From an uncultured archaeon (lineage in GTDB: Archaea; Thermoproteota; EX4484-205; JAAOZP01), in the NCBI GenBank assembly GCA_938045545.1, contig CALIBN010000011.1, positions 1-60,456 on the forward strand: a stretch of 60,456 nt of DNA, written 5' to 3'. Positions 48,351 through 58,425 of this stretch are shown here, one piece after another. The notes under the pieces were generated by a model. That model was not told where the DNA came from. It was given only the letters and a program-made list of their open reading frames with translations, and did not search any database. Within the stretch, counting starts at the first letter, position 1; the number at the start of each line of letters is the position of its first letter. The position numbers and the translations under genes are program-made.

Positions 48351-51257
48351 TCAGACCATTAATTCATAAGTAGGCATCTTCTTCCTCTCAACCACTCCCT
48401 CAGCCATTAACGTTCTCAACAATTCTATCTCGTTAGCCAATGAATCATAAAGTTCGTCAAGAAGACTATCATAATCTCCTTTATACCCTAAAACATTTAG
48501 CCAAGCTTTATCGATTGATTGTCTAACTGGATGTTTGCCTCTAAGCTGTTCAAGGATACTGGGGATTTTTGTTTTCTTTACGGCTTCAAAGACTTTCAAT
48601 AATTGCTTGGTCTCACTATCCGTCATCTTGGAAAAATCAGGAGCAAGTATTTGATCCAACATGTAGTCGTGAATCTTCATCCATGCTCCTCTGGTTTCAG
48701 CCCTGTGGACAAGAATTTGGAGAAGGCTTAACGAGCTATTTAACCATAACGTCAACAGCTTTGCTTTTTCGCCTGCAATTTTCCGGATGCACCACATGTC
48801 GACACCAACAACGGGTTTCTCGGAGTAGAAAGCAAGTAACGATGTGCCCGGGGCGGAAAGGTCGAATCGCCTAGCCAGCAAAACATGGCATTTCCTACAG
48901 TCGAACTTCTCTTTCCAACCTTCTATTACTGGTCTCTTAAGCTTACTAAGCTCTTTACTCGGCAAGAGGCCCTTGGCCATATCTCTGATATCATCAAACC
49001 AAGAAAGTATAAGATAGTCAGAACTATCACTAACGTCCAGCATGTTAACGTAAGAAAGCCTTCTGAGTCCGCGACCCAGGACATTCAGCGGAATCTTGAC
49101 TTTCCAATCGAGTTCCCTATGTCTGGCCATTAGAATCCCCCTTTCAACCTTTTCAACTATCCACATGTCAATTTTCTTTTGAGCTCTTGACTGGTCATAT
49201 ATTATGAAACCGTGAAAGTTATTGAACTTGTAGTGCCTTAGATCTGATTCCTGAGCTTCTATTATCGATGATAACCGCACTAGCTCATTAGGCTTTATTA
49301 ATTCATCCATTAAATCGATTAGGCTTGGGTCACTTACAGCTATGTATTTGAACCAGTTCCCTACATTTCTAATTAGCTTAGAGTAACTATAAGTTTTCAA
49401 GGCTATTCTATCATTTTTCAAATCTTTCTCAGACCGTCTAATTAACTCGGCAATTTCTTTCGCTTCAGCTACAGTGGTAGGCATCTTCTTTAACAATGTC
49501 ACTGTTGTGTGAGCATCATTATTAGATCTGCTCTTCTTGGCTATCATAAGTATCTCTCTGAATCTAACGCTTTCAGAGAACGCTGATCTCTGCATTGTGG
49601 TTATAATATGTTCGACATGATATTTCTCAGACCAGAGCTTCCTAATCCCTTCGCATGACTTCACCCTGAGTACTGTTGCTGGGAGAACGAGGGCCATTCT
49701 CCCATTCTCCTTTAAAAACCTGTCTGCTAACAGGATGAAGAAGCCGTAGAGGCCTAATTGGCCATGGAGGTAATCCCTGTATTCGCTGAATCTCTGGAAG
49801 AGTGCATCCTTATAGTCCTCCGGGAGCCTTTCCTGCCTGGTGAAGGGCGGGTTCATGATGACCATGTCGTATTTTCCTAGCTCTATTTCCTGTGCCTCTT
49901 TATCCGTCAGGCTTACAGCCCCCTTCTCGGTTGTCTTGGGAAACATGAACGCGGTCAGGTAGCTTCTCGCAGCTTCTGTTACGCTAGGTATCTTCATCCC
50001 AGGCTTGAGGCATGTCGAGTCCCAGACTGCTACGTTAACCCTATTAGTGAAGTATTCCGGTGATTGAAGTGCTAGGTGGCATGCCGCTACGTTTGCCGCG
50101 AAAGGCATTACATCTATGCCCAGCAGGTCCTCTTCAACAAACTTTCTATGGTCTTCTTGAGTCATCGGCCTGCCGAGCAGCTCCTTCTTCCTCCTGTACG
50201 CCGCTACAAGCAATCCGCCGCTTCCCACAGCCAAGTCGGCAACCTTAGCGTCAGGACTATCTATGGATAATGAGGCGAGTAGCTCTGCTGCCAGCACGTT
50301 GGTATAGAAGGCTGCAACGTTCTTCCTCGTCTCGAATGGAACCAGGTCGTGGAAGATCGTGCCGAGGAGGTCGCCCCCGACCTTCTCTGGGCTGAGGCCC
50401 TGAACCAGGTTCACCATGGTTTTAACCTGGTCGACGAACTCCTGGGGGATTAGGGATGCGACATCGTAAGAGTAAACAGTCCTATAGTTGACGTCAAGCA
50501 CCCTTTGGAAATAGTTGTTCAAATCTCTAGGCTTTCTCATCTTGTCGGTATCGATCTCCTCGAACATGTCCTTCCTGGTTCTGGAGAGAACCTGGTAGAA
50601 TAGGACCTGGTTTAGCAGGAGGTATGCTGCGGCTGACCTCAGCTCTTCAACAGGATACTTACCCTCCTCGTATTGAAGTATGTTCTTGAAAACGTCCTTT
50701 CCCCCGAAGAAGACCTCCAGCTCATAGCCTTTTAAATGCCTCAGCCCGTTGAGAATGTAGAGCACTGATTCTCGGAGCGACTTCATAATGTATTCGATGC
50801 TCGGCTCAACCCTTTTTGGAGGAGCAAGGATATGTTCAGACAGAATCTTCGCCACTTCTTGCAGCCTTCCACTGTAGACTGTGAAGGGCCTCGGGTCCTC
50901 AGGCGGAAACATGGCGATGAGCTTGAAGCTCAGTTTTCCAGCGAGGCTCCCAACAGCCTCAACCGGCATGGGTTGAGTAAGCTCCTCAGGGTAGAGGATC
51001 GCGAAGCCACCTTTAATCCCTAAAACCCTGTAATGCTTCAAATAATCGTTCTGAACCTTAGCGATAGCTTGAACAAGATCCCTCTCGGTGAACTTAGCCT
51101 CAACAGGGTATGTGCCAGCGTTAACGCAGAGAAGGTCAGGCTCCCTAGAGCCCGCGGGGGTAGTTATCCTGGGGAAAAGCTCAACCATGACACCAAGCCT
51201 CTGAAGCTCATCCCTGAGCAGGGAGCTAACCGTGTTCTCCGTGGCCCTAGGTATCAT
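48351..51257 (-). CDS. Type IIG-like restriction-modification fusion (REase + N6-adenine MTase + specificity region)
   Basis: EPDL...VEAK nuclease motif, AFYT, DLAVGSGGLL (motif I) and MNPPFTRQE (motif IV). Probable start at ATG 51257. Confidence 0.88.
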   Translation of the reverse strand: MIPRATENTVSSLLRDELQRLGVMVELFPRITTPAGSREPDLLCVNAGTYPVEAKFTERDLVQAIAKVQNDYLKHYRVLGIKGGFAILYPEELTQPMPVEAVGSLAGKLSFKLIAMFPPEDPRPFTVYSGRLQEVAKILSEHILAPPKRVEPSIEYIMKSLRESVLYILNGLRHLKGYELEVFFGGKDVFKNILQYEEGKYPVEELRSAAAYLLLNQVLFYQVLSRTRKDMFEEIDTDKMRKPRDLNNYFQRVLDVNYRTVYSYDVASLIPQEFVDQVKTMVNLVQGLSPEKVGGDLLGTIFHDLVPFETRKNVAAFYTNVLAAELLASLSIDSPDAKVADLAVGSGGLLVAAYRRKKELLGRPMTQEDHRKFVEEDLLGIDVMPFAANVAACHLALQSPEYFTNRVNVAVWDSTCLKPGMKIPSVTEAARSYLTAFMFPKTTEKGAVSLTDKEAQEIELGKYDMVIMNPPFTRQERLPEDYKDALFQRFSEYRDYLHGQLGLYGFFILLADRFLKENGRMALVLPATVLRVKSCEGIRKLWSEKYHVEHIITTMQRSAFSESVRFREILMIAKKSRSNNDAHTTVTLLKKMPTTVAEAKEIAELIRRSEKDLKNDRIALKTYSYSKLIRNVGNWFKYIAVSDPSLIDLMDELIKPNELVRLSSIIEAQESDLRHYKFNNFHGFIIYDQSRAQKKIDMWIVEKVERGILMARHRELDWKVKIPLNVLGRGLRRLSYVNMLDVSDSSDYLILSWFDDIRDMAKGLLPSKELSKLKRPVIEGWKEKFDCRKCHVLLARRFDLSAPGTSLLAFYSEKPVVGVDMWCIRKIAGEKAKLLTLWLNSSLSLLQILVHRAETRGAWMKIHDYMLDQILAPDFSKMTDSETKQLLKVFEAVKKTKIPSILEQLRGKHPVRQSIDKAWLNVLGYKGDYDSLLDELYDSLANEIELLRTLMAEGVVERKKMPTYELMV

Positions 51258-51403
51258 CCATACTGTTTGATGAGAAGCCTGATTTAACGTTTTAGCTTTT
51301 TCTATAGCATGTACCTGCCTATTAAAGATGGGGGTTAGCGCGGCGAGATCGGTAGCATGGTTCTCCCCTCTCATAGGTGATCTCTCCAGTTTATGGGCAA
51401 TCC

Positions 51404-52024
51404 TCATTTAGACTCGTAGACTTGCATGATCAACATCCAGACATAAGGGGTGTTGCTCACCTTTAGGTAGTAGTCTCCCTCTTCGCTAATGTCGAAATCA
51501 ATGGTTCGCTCTCCAGTTAATACTGTAGAAAGAAGACATACTGATGAAGAAGCATTAACCTTATAAAGGAATATGGAGATTCCTTCCCTGCTTCCCAGAG
51601 AGTAAACTGAAACAGTTATCTTAATTTCTCCTTTCGGAATATGAAATGTAGGTCCTGTTTTCTCTTCTCCTCCTGACAATGCTGAAAGCACCGTGCCAGA
51701 CTGGTTAATGAGAGCTACTCGGAGTTGCAGTAGCTGGTCCACGAGATCGGTTATGTTTTGCTTGAGAAGCCTATTCTCAGACTCTAATCTATCCTTCTCA
51801 AATTGGAGAATAGCATTCTCATTCAAGAGACTTTTGACTTTATCTCGAAGCGTGGTGATTTGACCCTGTAAATCGCTGACTTGGGATTGAAGCAGTGATG
51901 CTTGTATTTGAGCCGTTATCAGTTGAGATTGGTGAATGCTACTGCTGGCGAAATACCCTACCGCAATGCCCGCTACCAATGTCACAATCGTCAAGACTAT
52001 GCTGGTTCGGATCTTAGCAGACAT
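51404..52024 (-). CDS. Membrane-anchored coiled-coil protein with C-terminal beta-sandwich domain, paralogue 1
   Basis: N-terminal TM helix, heptad repeats, TGPTFHIPKG...EGDYYLKV. Confidence 0.7.
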   Translation of the reverse strand: MSAKIRTSIVLTIVTLVAGIAVGYFASSSIHQSQLITAQIQASLLQSQVSDLQGQITTLRDKVKSLLNENAILQFEKDRLESENRLLKQNITDLVDQLLQLRVALINQSGTVLSALSGGEEKTGPTFHIPKGEIKITVSVYSLGSREGISIFLYKVNASSSVCLLSTVLTGERTIDFDISEEGDYYLKVSNTPYVWMLIMQVYESK

Positions 52025-52216
52025 ATTTTCTCTGAGAAATAGTAGGTCTTGATTATAAACTTTTTAGCATATGATAGCTTAAGGTTGTTATAACACGCTA
52101 TGTTGCGAAGGCGGTTTACATCTCGGATAGCGGAACTCTACATGCGCTAAACCATTATGAGAGAAAAAAAGAGGAGTGGCCGGGGAGATTTATCCAGATT
52201 TATGGTAATCCTTGCT

Positions 52217-52888
52217 TCAACCATAGACTTGCACAGTTATCTTCCAGTTATAGTTGACGCTACCCACTTTCAAGTAGTAGTCTCCATCTTCTAAATTATA
52301 AACATAGTTAATCCATTCTCCGGTGGTCTCTGTGCTACCTCTCCACGTAGATGAAGTATGACCAACCTTATAGAGAGACAAGTAGAATCCCCTTATATCC
52401 CCAAGGGCGGTAAGTTGAACGGTTATCTTAATGTTTCCCTGGGGAATATGAAAGGCGGGACCTGTCCTGTCCTCGTAGCCTCCTGACAATGTCGTGAGTA
52501 TTGCTCCAGGCTGATAGCTGTGGATTGCTTTGAGTTGTTGTATTTGGTTCATAAGATTGGTTATGTTTTGCTTGAGAAGGCTGTTTTCGGACTCCAATTT
52601 GCTCTTCTCAGCTTGAAGTTCAGAGACCTGTGACTGAAGAGCAGTTTTTTCGCTCATGAGGCTTGTGACTTGACCTTGAAGTGTAGTTTTGTCACTCTGA
52701 AGAGCAGTAATTTGGCTCTGTAAATTGCTGACTTGAGATTGAAGCTGTGATACCTGCTCTTGAGCTGCTGTCAGTTGAGTTTGGAGACTTGATATGTTGC
52801 CACTGCTGGCAAAATACCCGCCTATCAGACCAATTATAAGCATAACAGCACTTAATACTATTCCAATCTTTGGAATCTTGGTAGTCAT
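52217..52888 (-). CDS. Membrane-anchored coiled-coil protein with C-terminal beta-sandwich domain, paralogue 2
   Basis: N-terminal TM helix, LQSQV/LQGQV heptads, TGPAFHIPQG...DGDYYLKV. Confidence 0.75.
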   Translation of the reverse strand: MTTKIPKIGIVLSAVMLIIGLIGGYFASSGNISSLQTQLTAAQEQVSQLQSQVSNLQSQITALQSDKTTLQGQVTSLMSEKTALQSQVSELQAEKSKLESENSLLKQNITNLMNQIQQLKAIHSYQPGAILTTLSGGYEDRTGPAFHIPQGNIKITVQLTALGDIRGFYLSLYKVGHTSSTWRGSTETTGEWINYVYNLEDGDYYLKVGSVNYNWKITVQVYG

Positions 52889-52996
52889 GTTTTCTTCGGA
52901 ATTAACACGATTATTAGTTTATAAATCTTTGTATACACTCATGTCCTAAGCTGTTATGAGGAAAAAAAGAAGGGTGCCGGGGAGATTTATCCCTGC

Positions 52997-54406
52997 TCAA
53001 TGCTTAGGAACCGCTAGAAGCACTTTCCTCGTTTCCCCAGTTCCAAACACGTTTTCTCTACGTATATTCAACATGACCGGGATATTCCCGGTAATGTTTC
53101 CAAATGCCAGACACTTGCCGATGGGCAGAGTGGGTACAAGGCTGATTAGCGATTCAGCGTCTATTTTAGACATTTTCGAAATATAGTTTAAATCATTCTC
53201 GTTCACCAAGTTGAATATGAAACAGTTGTCAGCCTGCCTGTACACGAAGCTCATGAGGCTATCAGGCTCATTAGTTATGAAAACAACGGATAACCCGATG
53301 TGCCTCATTCGCGTTATATAGTCCTCCCATGCTTTCTCATCCAAATAAGACTGCGCCTCCTCTGCAAACAGGAAGAGCGGTTTTATCTCGCCGTTCTCCA
53401 GCATCCTAACCGTCTTATTGAGCACAGTTTCAACTATCATTTGTCTAAAGGATTTGGGCAGGCCCTTCAGGTTTATTACCAGAGCCTTGTTCGACGCCTC
53501 TTTAAAAACTCTGTCCAAATCTGTCGCGTCGGAATCCCTGAATAATCCGCTTTCCCCCAAGACCGTTATTCTTCTGAGAAGCGCTTCCTTAACGAGGTCG
53601 TTAATTCTTCCGCAAACTATTTCGTTCCAGAGATTCTTAAGGCTCAGCATATTCCTGTTCTCAAGACCGTCCAGTATGCGTCTCAGCTCCCAGACCGAGG
53701 AGGAAGGCAGCCCCATAATGGTTTCCATAAGATTTATGAAAAGCTCTTTCCCGAGTCCAAGTATACTGAGAAACATGTTTTCACCGGGTTTTAAGACTAG
53801 AAACTTGTCTCTCATCGCAACCGGCTCATACTCTCCATTTATGTCAAAAACTACGCAGCGCCCATTGTGCTCCAGAATTCTCGCTATCAATGTTTTAGAA
53901 AGATTAGACTTGCCCGAGCCCTTCTTACCGATTATCAGGGTTAAGCCCCCGTCTAACGCATTCAAATCCATCTCCACGTCATCGCCAATCTTAACCGGTA
54001 TCGCGTACCTGCTTGTAATCAGCTCGTTCAACTCTTCCACGCTAGGCTCGTAGATCCTTGATTTCAGCCTCGAGGGAGCCCATTGAAAATCTATAGCTTC
54101 ATCATCAAGGGAGAAGGCTGCGCGAACCTTGCATATTAAGATTCTGGAATCCATCAGCTCATCAAGTATCTTCTTAAGATTTTCATCCTCTTCGAAAACC
54201 TGATAGGATTCTTCCCTCTTGCTTATTCGTATTATCTCCTCAATCTCGCCAGGAATGCTAAGGTAGTTGACATCTATTATCTGGAGGAGGAGCTTCCTCC
54301 GCGTGGTGCTGTCTAGAAGTATTAAGTAGCTTCCAACAATCCTATCCCTGCCTGGGGTTTCCAGAAGCTCGTAAGTAACCCTGTTCTTCCGTAGAATCGT
54401 TATCAA
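52997..54406 (-). CDS. herA: HerA/FtsK-family ATPase
   Basis: GKKGSGKS, VFDINGEY, FAEEAQ, RMRHIG and ITNEP. Confidence 0.85.
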   Translation of the reverse strand: MITILRKNRVTYELLETPGRDRIVGSYLILLDSTTRRKLLLQIIDVNYLSIPGEIEEIIRISKREESYQVFEEDENLKKILDELMDSRILICKVRAAFSLDDEAIDFQWAPSRLKSRIYEPSVEELNELITSRYAIPVKIGDDVEMDLNALDGGLTLIIGKKGSGKSNLSKTLIARILEHNGRCVVFDINGEYEPVAMRDKFLVLKPGENMFLSILGLGKELFINLMETIMGLPSSSVWELRRILDGLENRNMLSLKNLWNEIVCGRINDLVKEALLRRITVLGESGLFRDSDATDLDRVFKEASNKALVINLKGLPKSFRQMIVETVLNKTVRMLENGEIKPLFLFAEEAQSYLDEKAWEDYITRMRHIGLSVVFITNEPDSLMSFVYRQADNCFIFNLVNENDLNYISKMSKIDAESLISLVPTLPIGKCLAFGNITGNIPVMLNIRRENVFGTGETRKVLLAVPKH

Positions 54407-55254
54407 CTCCAGAAACCTCCTAGAAGCATCTTTCTATTATCTATCTCCCTTAAAACCTCTATTCCAAACTTCTTCTGCAAAACGCATTTCAGCGTCAAAA
54501 CTTCCACAGGAAGTATCTTAGAATATATGTGGGCGATCCTCAATGCTTCAGGATAACCATAGTCAACACCGTCAATAAGGATGAGAGAAGCCAGTAAGCC
54601 CCGGACCTTCTCCAGCTCTGCCTCCGGGTATATTTCAACCTTCAACAGGGGGCTTCCGGGCTTAAGCCTAACCAAGTATTCCCTCGGGCTGCTCCCGTTA
54701 AGAACCTCGCATACGAATGGAGAACTATCAAAATCCTCAGGTAGACGTATAAACGGGTCGACGAAGCCCTTTGAAATCGATATTAAAGCATTGCAAGCGG
54801 ATGCGAGGAACTCTGGGAGTCCAAGCGGCTTGCTAAAGCTCACCATTTCGTTCAAATCCCCGTCGAGCAGCATTATGGAATCTCTAATTGAACGAATGTT
54901 CTTCAGCTGTTCCTCCAGTTCAAAAGAAACCTGGCTGTCAGAGATGCCGCCGAAAACTATCAACGGCCTTGTTCTATTTATCCTCACCACTCCCCGCTCT
55001 TTTAAAACGGTTGAACCTCTAATGGCGTGAACCTCACCCAGCCTGCTTACGCCTATCTTAACGGTCGAAACATCCACTGCAACAATCTTTCTAAAGGAAG
55101 GGGTTTCCTCGGGCTCTATGTTTAGCGCCCTGCCGAGTTTAAACTCGTTAGGCCGGCTTATCTTAAGCCTTATCTCCCTTCCTTCTAAGACATGCATGTC
55201 TCGACGTTGCTTTAGATCAGACAGGGGGACTAGGCTCGTCGACGGTTTTTTCAC
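54403..55254 (-). CDS. nurA: NurA-family nuclease
   Basis: VAVDVST, LLDGDL, SISK and GYPEALRIAHIYSKI; probable GTG start at 55254. Confidence 0.8.
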   Translation of the reverse strand: MKKPSTSLVPLSDLKQRRDMHVLEGREIRLKISRPNEFKLGRALNIEPEETPSFRKIVAVDVSTVKIGVSRLGEVHAIRGSTVLKERGVVRINRTRPLIVFGGISDSQVSFELEEQLKNIRSIRDSIMLLDGDLNEMVSFSKPLGLPEFLASACNALISISKGFVDPFIRLPEDFDSSPFVCEVLNGSSPREYLVRLKPGSPLLKVEIYPEAELEKVRGLLASLILIDGVDYGYPEALRIAHIYSKILPVEVLTLKCVLQKKFGIEVLREIDNRKMLLGGFWS

Positions 55255-55735
55255 CTTCAACACCTCCTGAAAGCAGCATAATGCCCTTAACTGATATTTC
55301 GAACATTCCCCTGGCCTGCCTGAGTACAAATCCCTTCTTAACAAGGTCCACTAGAGTGTTTTGAATAGTCTTCTTGGAAATGTTCGTAACTCTCCTGACC
55401 ATCTCTTCAACACTCATACTGCTCCTCTCCCGCAACCCGAATCTTGAAGCAACGTAGCAGCCTGCAAGCAGGTAGAGGATTTTACTCTCAGTAGTCTTCG
55501 CCTCTTCCCCAAGCAGGATTATCTCGCCGCTGCTTATCTTGATGTGTGGAGATATTGCTGAAAGAAGATCCTCAAGATCAGGCGTGTAAACTATCTTGTC
55601 GACGATGGTTAAGCGGGGGTAAACATTTGAAAGGAATCTAAACATGTCTCTTATTACCGTGTTCTCGTCGCCTGTAAACTCCACCTTAATATTCTTATCA
55701 GGTATTTCCAGTCTGATTGTTGAAACCCTATTCAT
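55217..55735 (-). CDS. Conserved hypothetical protein with C-terminal winged HTH
   Basis: SVEEM...SKKTIQNTLVDLVKKGFVLRQARGMFEIS. Confidence 0.65.
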   Translation of the reverse strand: MNRVSTIRLEIPDKNIKVEFTGDENTVIRDMFRFLSNVYPRLTIVDKIVYTPDLEDLLSAISPHIKISSGEIILLGEEAKTTESKILYLLAGCYVASRFGLRERSSMSVEEMVRRVTNISKKTIQNTLVDLVKKGFVLRQARGMFEISVKGIMLLSGGVEGEKTVDEPSPPV

Positions 55736-56205
55736 CTTAAAGACACCTCCTCAAGCCTCGTCGTTATCTCGTCGGCAATTATCTTCCCCTTCTCAGTTAG
55801 AACATAGTTGCCAAGCTCGTTCCTAGTTACGATCCCCTCTCTAAACATCTCTGAAAGCCTGGAAGGATAGCCTACTGACACTATGCCGCTCTTACTCAGC
55901 TGTTCCCCTATTTCGCTCGATTTAAGACCGTTCTCAGCAAACTTCAGGATGAGAATTATGGCTTCCCTGCTTGTTAAGAACTCTTCCCTGACGGAGAGTA
56001 TTGGCTTACCATCCTCATCATATTTAACGAAACCAGGTATAAGGCTAAGCGTCGACTTTAACTCAGCCAACCTGTTCTCAGTCTTCTCAAGCTCCAAGTA
56101 TATCTCTGGAATATACTTAATCATCTCCTTAACGTCGTTAACATTGTCTCCAGTTATCTCGACCTCGCTCGAACCCTTCCTGTAGACCACCCTAATCCCC
56201 TTCAA
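55732..56205 (-). CDS. Conserved hypothetical protein with C-terminal winged HTH
   Basis: GLKSSEIG...SRLSEMFREGIV...YVLTEKG; TTTATAAA promoter-like sequence about 30 nt upstream. Confidence 0.65.
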   Translation of the reverse strand: MKGIRVVYRKGSSEVEITGDNVNDVKEMIKYIPEIYLELEKTENRLAELKSTLSLIPGFVKYDEDGKPILSVREEFLTSREAIILILKFAENGLKSSEIGEQLSKSGIVSVGYPSRLSEMFREGIVTRNELGNYVLTEKGKIIADEITTRLEEVSLR

Positions 56206-56592
56206 CGTTTACTACTACGTTAACGTAAACGTAGTTTATAAATTTTTCGGACATAGGCTGCTTTAAAACTGCTGCATTCTTCCTATACCTTTAACAGGCT
56301 CCATAAGGCTTCTTAACCAAGTTAATGCCTAAAAACCAGGCCCACTAAAACGCCAGAGCCGCTTCGAGAAAGTTTTCAGGCTTTAAAGGGGGAGACTAAT
56401 GTTAGGTTTGCAGCTGAGGACAGTAGTCTTAGAAACCCGAAGGTGACTGTTTATGACTTTCCGGATGAAACAGCCACAGTTGGACGAGAAACACGTGCAG
56501 CCCCACCCGACTGTGAACATGCTCGCATAAATAAGAATAGGCCCAAAGGCTTAATTTAAAACCATAGTCTGAACCAGTATTCTTTTAGAACG

Positions 56593-57552
56593 GTGATTAA
56601 AACTGAAGGCACGGGTTGCAACAGTTTGCCAAGCGGGAAGCTTCTAGATTTAGCGCTTGCCAATAAGCCCGATATAGTTTGTTTGCCTGAAGCCTTCACA
56701 ACCCCAAACGTCAACAGACCTGTTGAGGAGGTCGCAGAAGAAGTAACGGGGCCTACTGTAGAGGTCATAGGAAAAAGGGCTAGAGCCGCAAAATGCTATA
56801 TTATTTGCCCAATACTAACCAGGAGGGAAGGGAAAATATGGAATTCCGCCATCCTGATAGGCAGGAATGGCGAGATCATTGGAATCTGCGATAAGGTTCA
56901 CCCGGTCACCAGCTCTGCGACTACACTGTTTTCGAGAGAGGAATAAGCCCCGGTAAGGAGGCTCGTTTTCGACTTGGATTTCGGGCGCGTCGGAATACAA
57001 ATATGCTTTGACATAATATTTCCAGAATCGTGGCAAGAACTTGCGGAAAAAGGCGCGAAAATAGTCTTCTGGCCCTCGGCTTATAACGGTGGTTTTCCAC
57101 TTCAAGTATACGCCCACCTACACCAGTATTACGTCGTATCTTCAGTACGCTCAGACAAGTCTAGAATAATAGACCCACTGGGACGAATTTTAGCCGAGAC
57201 AGACCAGCGTATAAACGTGATTTACAGGGACATAAACACGGACTTTATTATTTCCCACTACGACTTTAACTACGATATACCGGAACGCATAATGAAAACG
57301 TATCCTGGACGAGTAGAGATAAGGTCCAGCATAGATGACGCACGCTTCCTAGTTGAGCCCACGGATGAAGCCCTTAAAACCGAGCATCTTAAAAAGGAAT
57401 TCAGGTTCGAAACCCTATTACAATACAATGAAAGACACAAGACAGCATACGCATCGATGCTTCGAGGCGAACACCCGCCAGCCCAGAAAGCAGCTCACGG
57501 AGACAGGCCTCAATACTCTAAGCAGAATCAGGTAGAACAAGCCGGAAGCTGA
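56593..57552 (+). pseudogene. Carbon-nitrogen hydrolase (nitrilase family), frameshifted
   Basis: Catalytic triad motifs LPE, DKVH and QICFD are split by two frameshifts between ~56915 and ~56965. Confidence 0.8.
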
Positions 57553-57640
57553 AACCAAAAACTTTATATACTCGCCGCCTGAAATACTTCATCCGGAGCA
57601 ACATAATAAAAACAAAAAAGAAATAAATATAGAAAAATAT

Positions 57641-57716
57641 AGCGGGGTGGGCTAGCCAGGTCTATGCCGCAGGGCTCATAACCCTGAGATCGGTCGTTCA
57701 AATCGACCCCCCGCTA
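57641..57716 (+). tRNA. Initiator tRNA-Met(CAT)
   Basis: AGCGGGG...CAGGG-CTCATAA-CCCTG...GGTCGTTCAAATCGACC-CCCCGCTA; A1:U72 pair and three G:C pairs in the anticodon stem. Confidence 0.95.
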
Positions 57717-57735
57717 CTCAATCATATTCTGAGCT

Positions 57736-58425
57736 TCAAGTTCCCACCTTCAAGGACTTTCGCTCGAGCCACACTGTAACTTTACCCTCCTGCATGCTTA
57801 TGTCCTCAATCTCATAATCGTCAATTTCTCCCACATGTAATTTATAGCCCAATGCCCTGATCATCTCCGGTGATATAATGTATCGGAAGTCGATGGAGAA
57901 CATAGAGGATGAATTAGAGGAATTTAGGAGGATGCTTGCCGACAGGTTTAGCGGTGATCCCAAGATAGGGACTGTAGCAAGGGGAAGGAAAGTCATGTTC
58001 CTCACCCTATTTGCTCTGTTGTGCGAGCTGGAGCCCTTGAGTGGCAATAAGATGATTACGGAGGTGCATCATTTCGACTTAGAAATGCTGAAGAGTTTTC
58101 TCGACTTGGTGAATAAGAGGTTAATAAGGGAAGGCCTAGCGAAAGAATCAAATAATTCGATCGTGACAAAATCCACTTTAACGTTTCGCCCGGCAAAGAG
58201 TGCAATGTCGAACATATTCTGAGCGAGGTTCCTTATACCTTCTCGTTCGCTTGTAAAATAGGTAATATGGAAATGGATACCTTCGCCTCTATCCCTAGCC
58301 GAGATATCTATACAACACTCCTTCACGGTCTCATCCCATCTCTTACTGACATACTTCTCGCAATTCTTTCCGACATTTTCAAACTCGTCGCTCCACTCCC
58401 AGACCGTGGCAAATTTAGATTTCAT
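57736..58425 (-). pseudogene. Third module gene, copy 2, disrupted by an internal inversion
   Basis: The N- and C-terminal parts are on the minus strand and the middle part (57859-58144) is on the plus strand; all three parts align with the 33067-33741 protein. Confidence 0.85.

Larger units (their letters stand above)
43547..53017. mobile_element. Integrated plasmid/virus-like element (9.5 kb) in the herA 3' end
   Basis: 13-bp direct repeat taggaaccgctag at 43547-43559 and 53005-53017; integrase next to one end; MCM, RHH and R-M genes inside. Confidence 0.85.

Noticed and set aside
51258-51407. 50-aa N-terminal extension of the R-M enzyme
   Set aside because: It reads like translated intergenic sequence; the ATG at 51257 just before the nuclease domain is the more plausible start.
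57878-58222. Independent plus-strand gene
   Set aside because: It is the inverted middle of the 57736-58425 gene.
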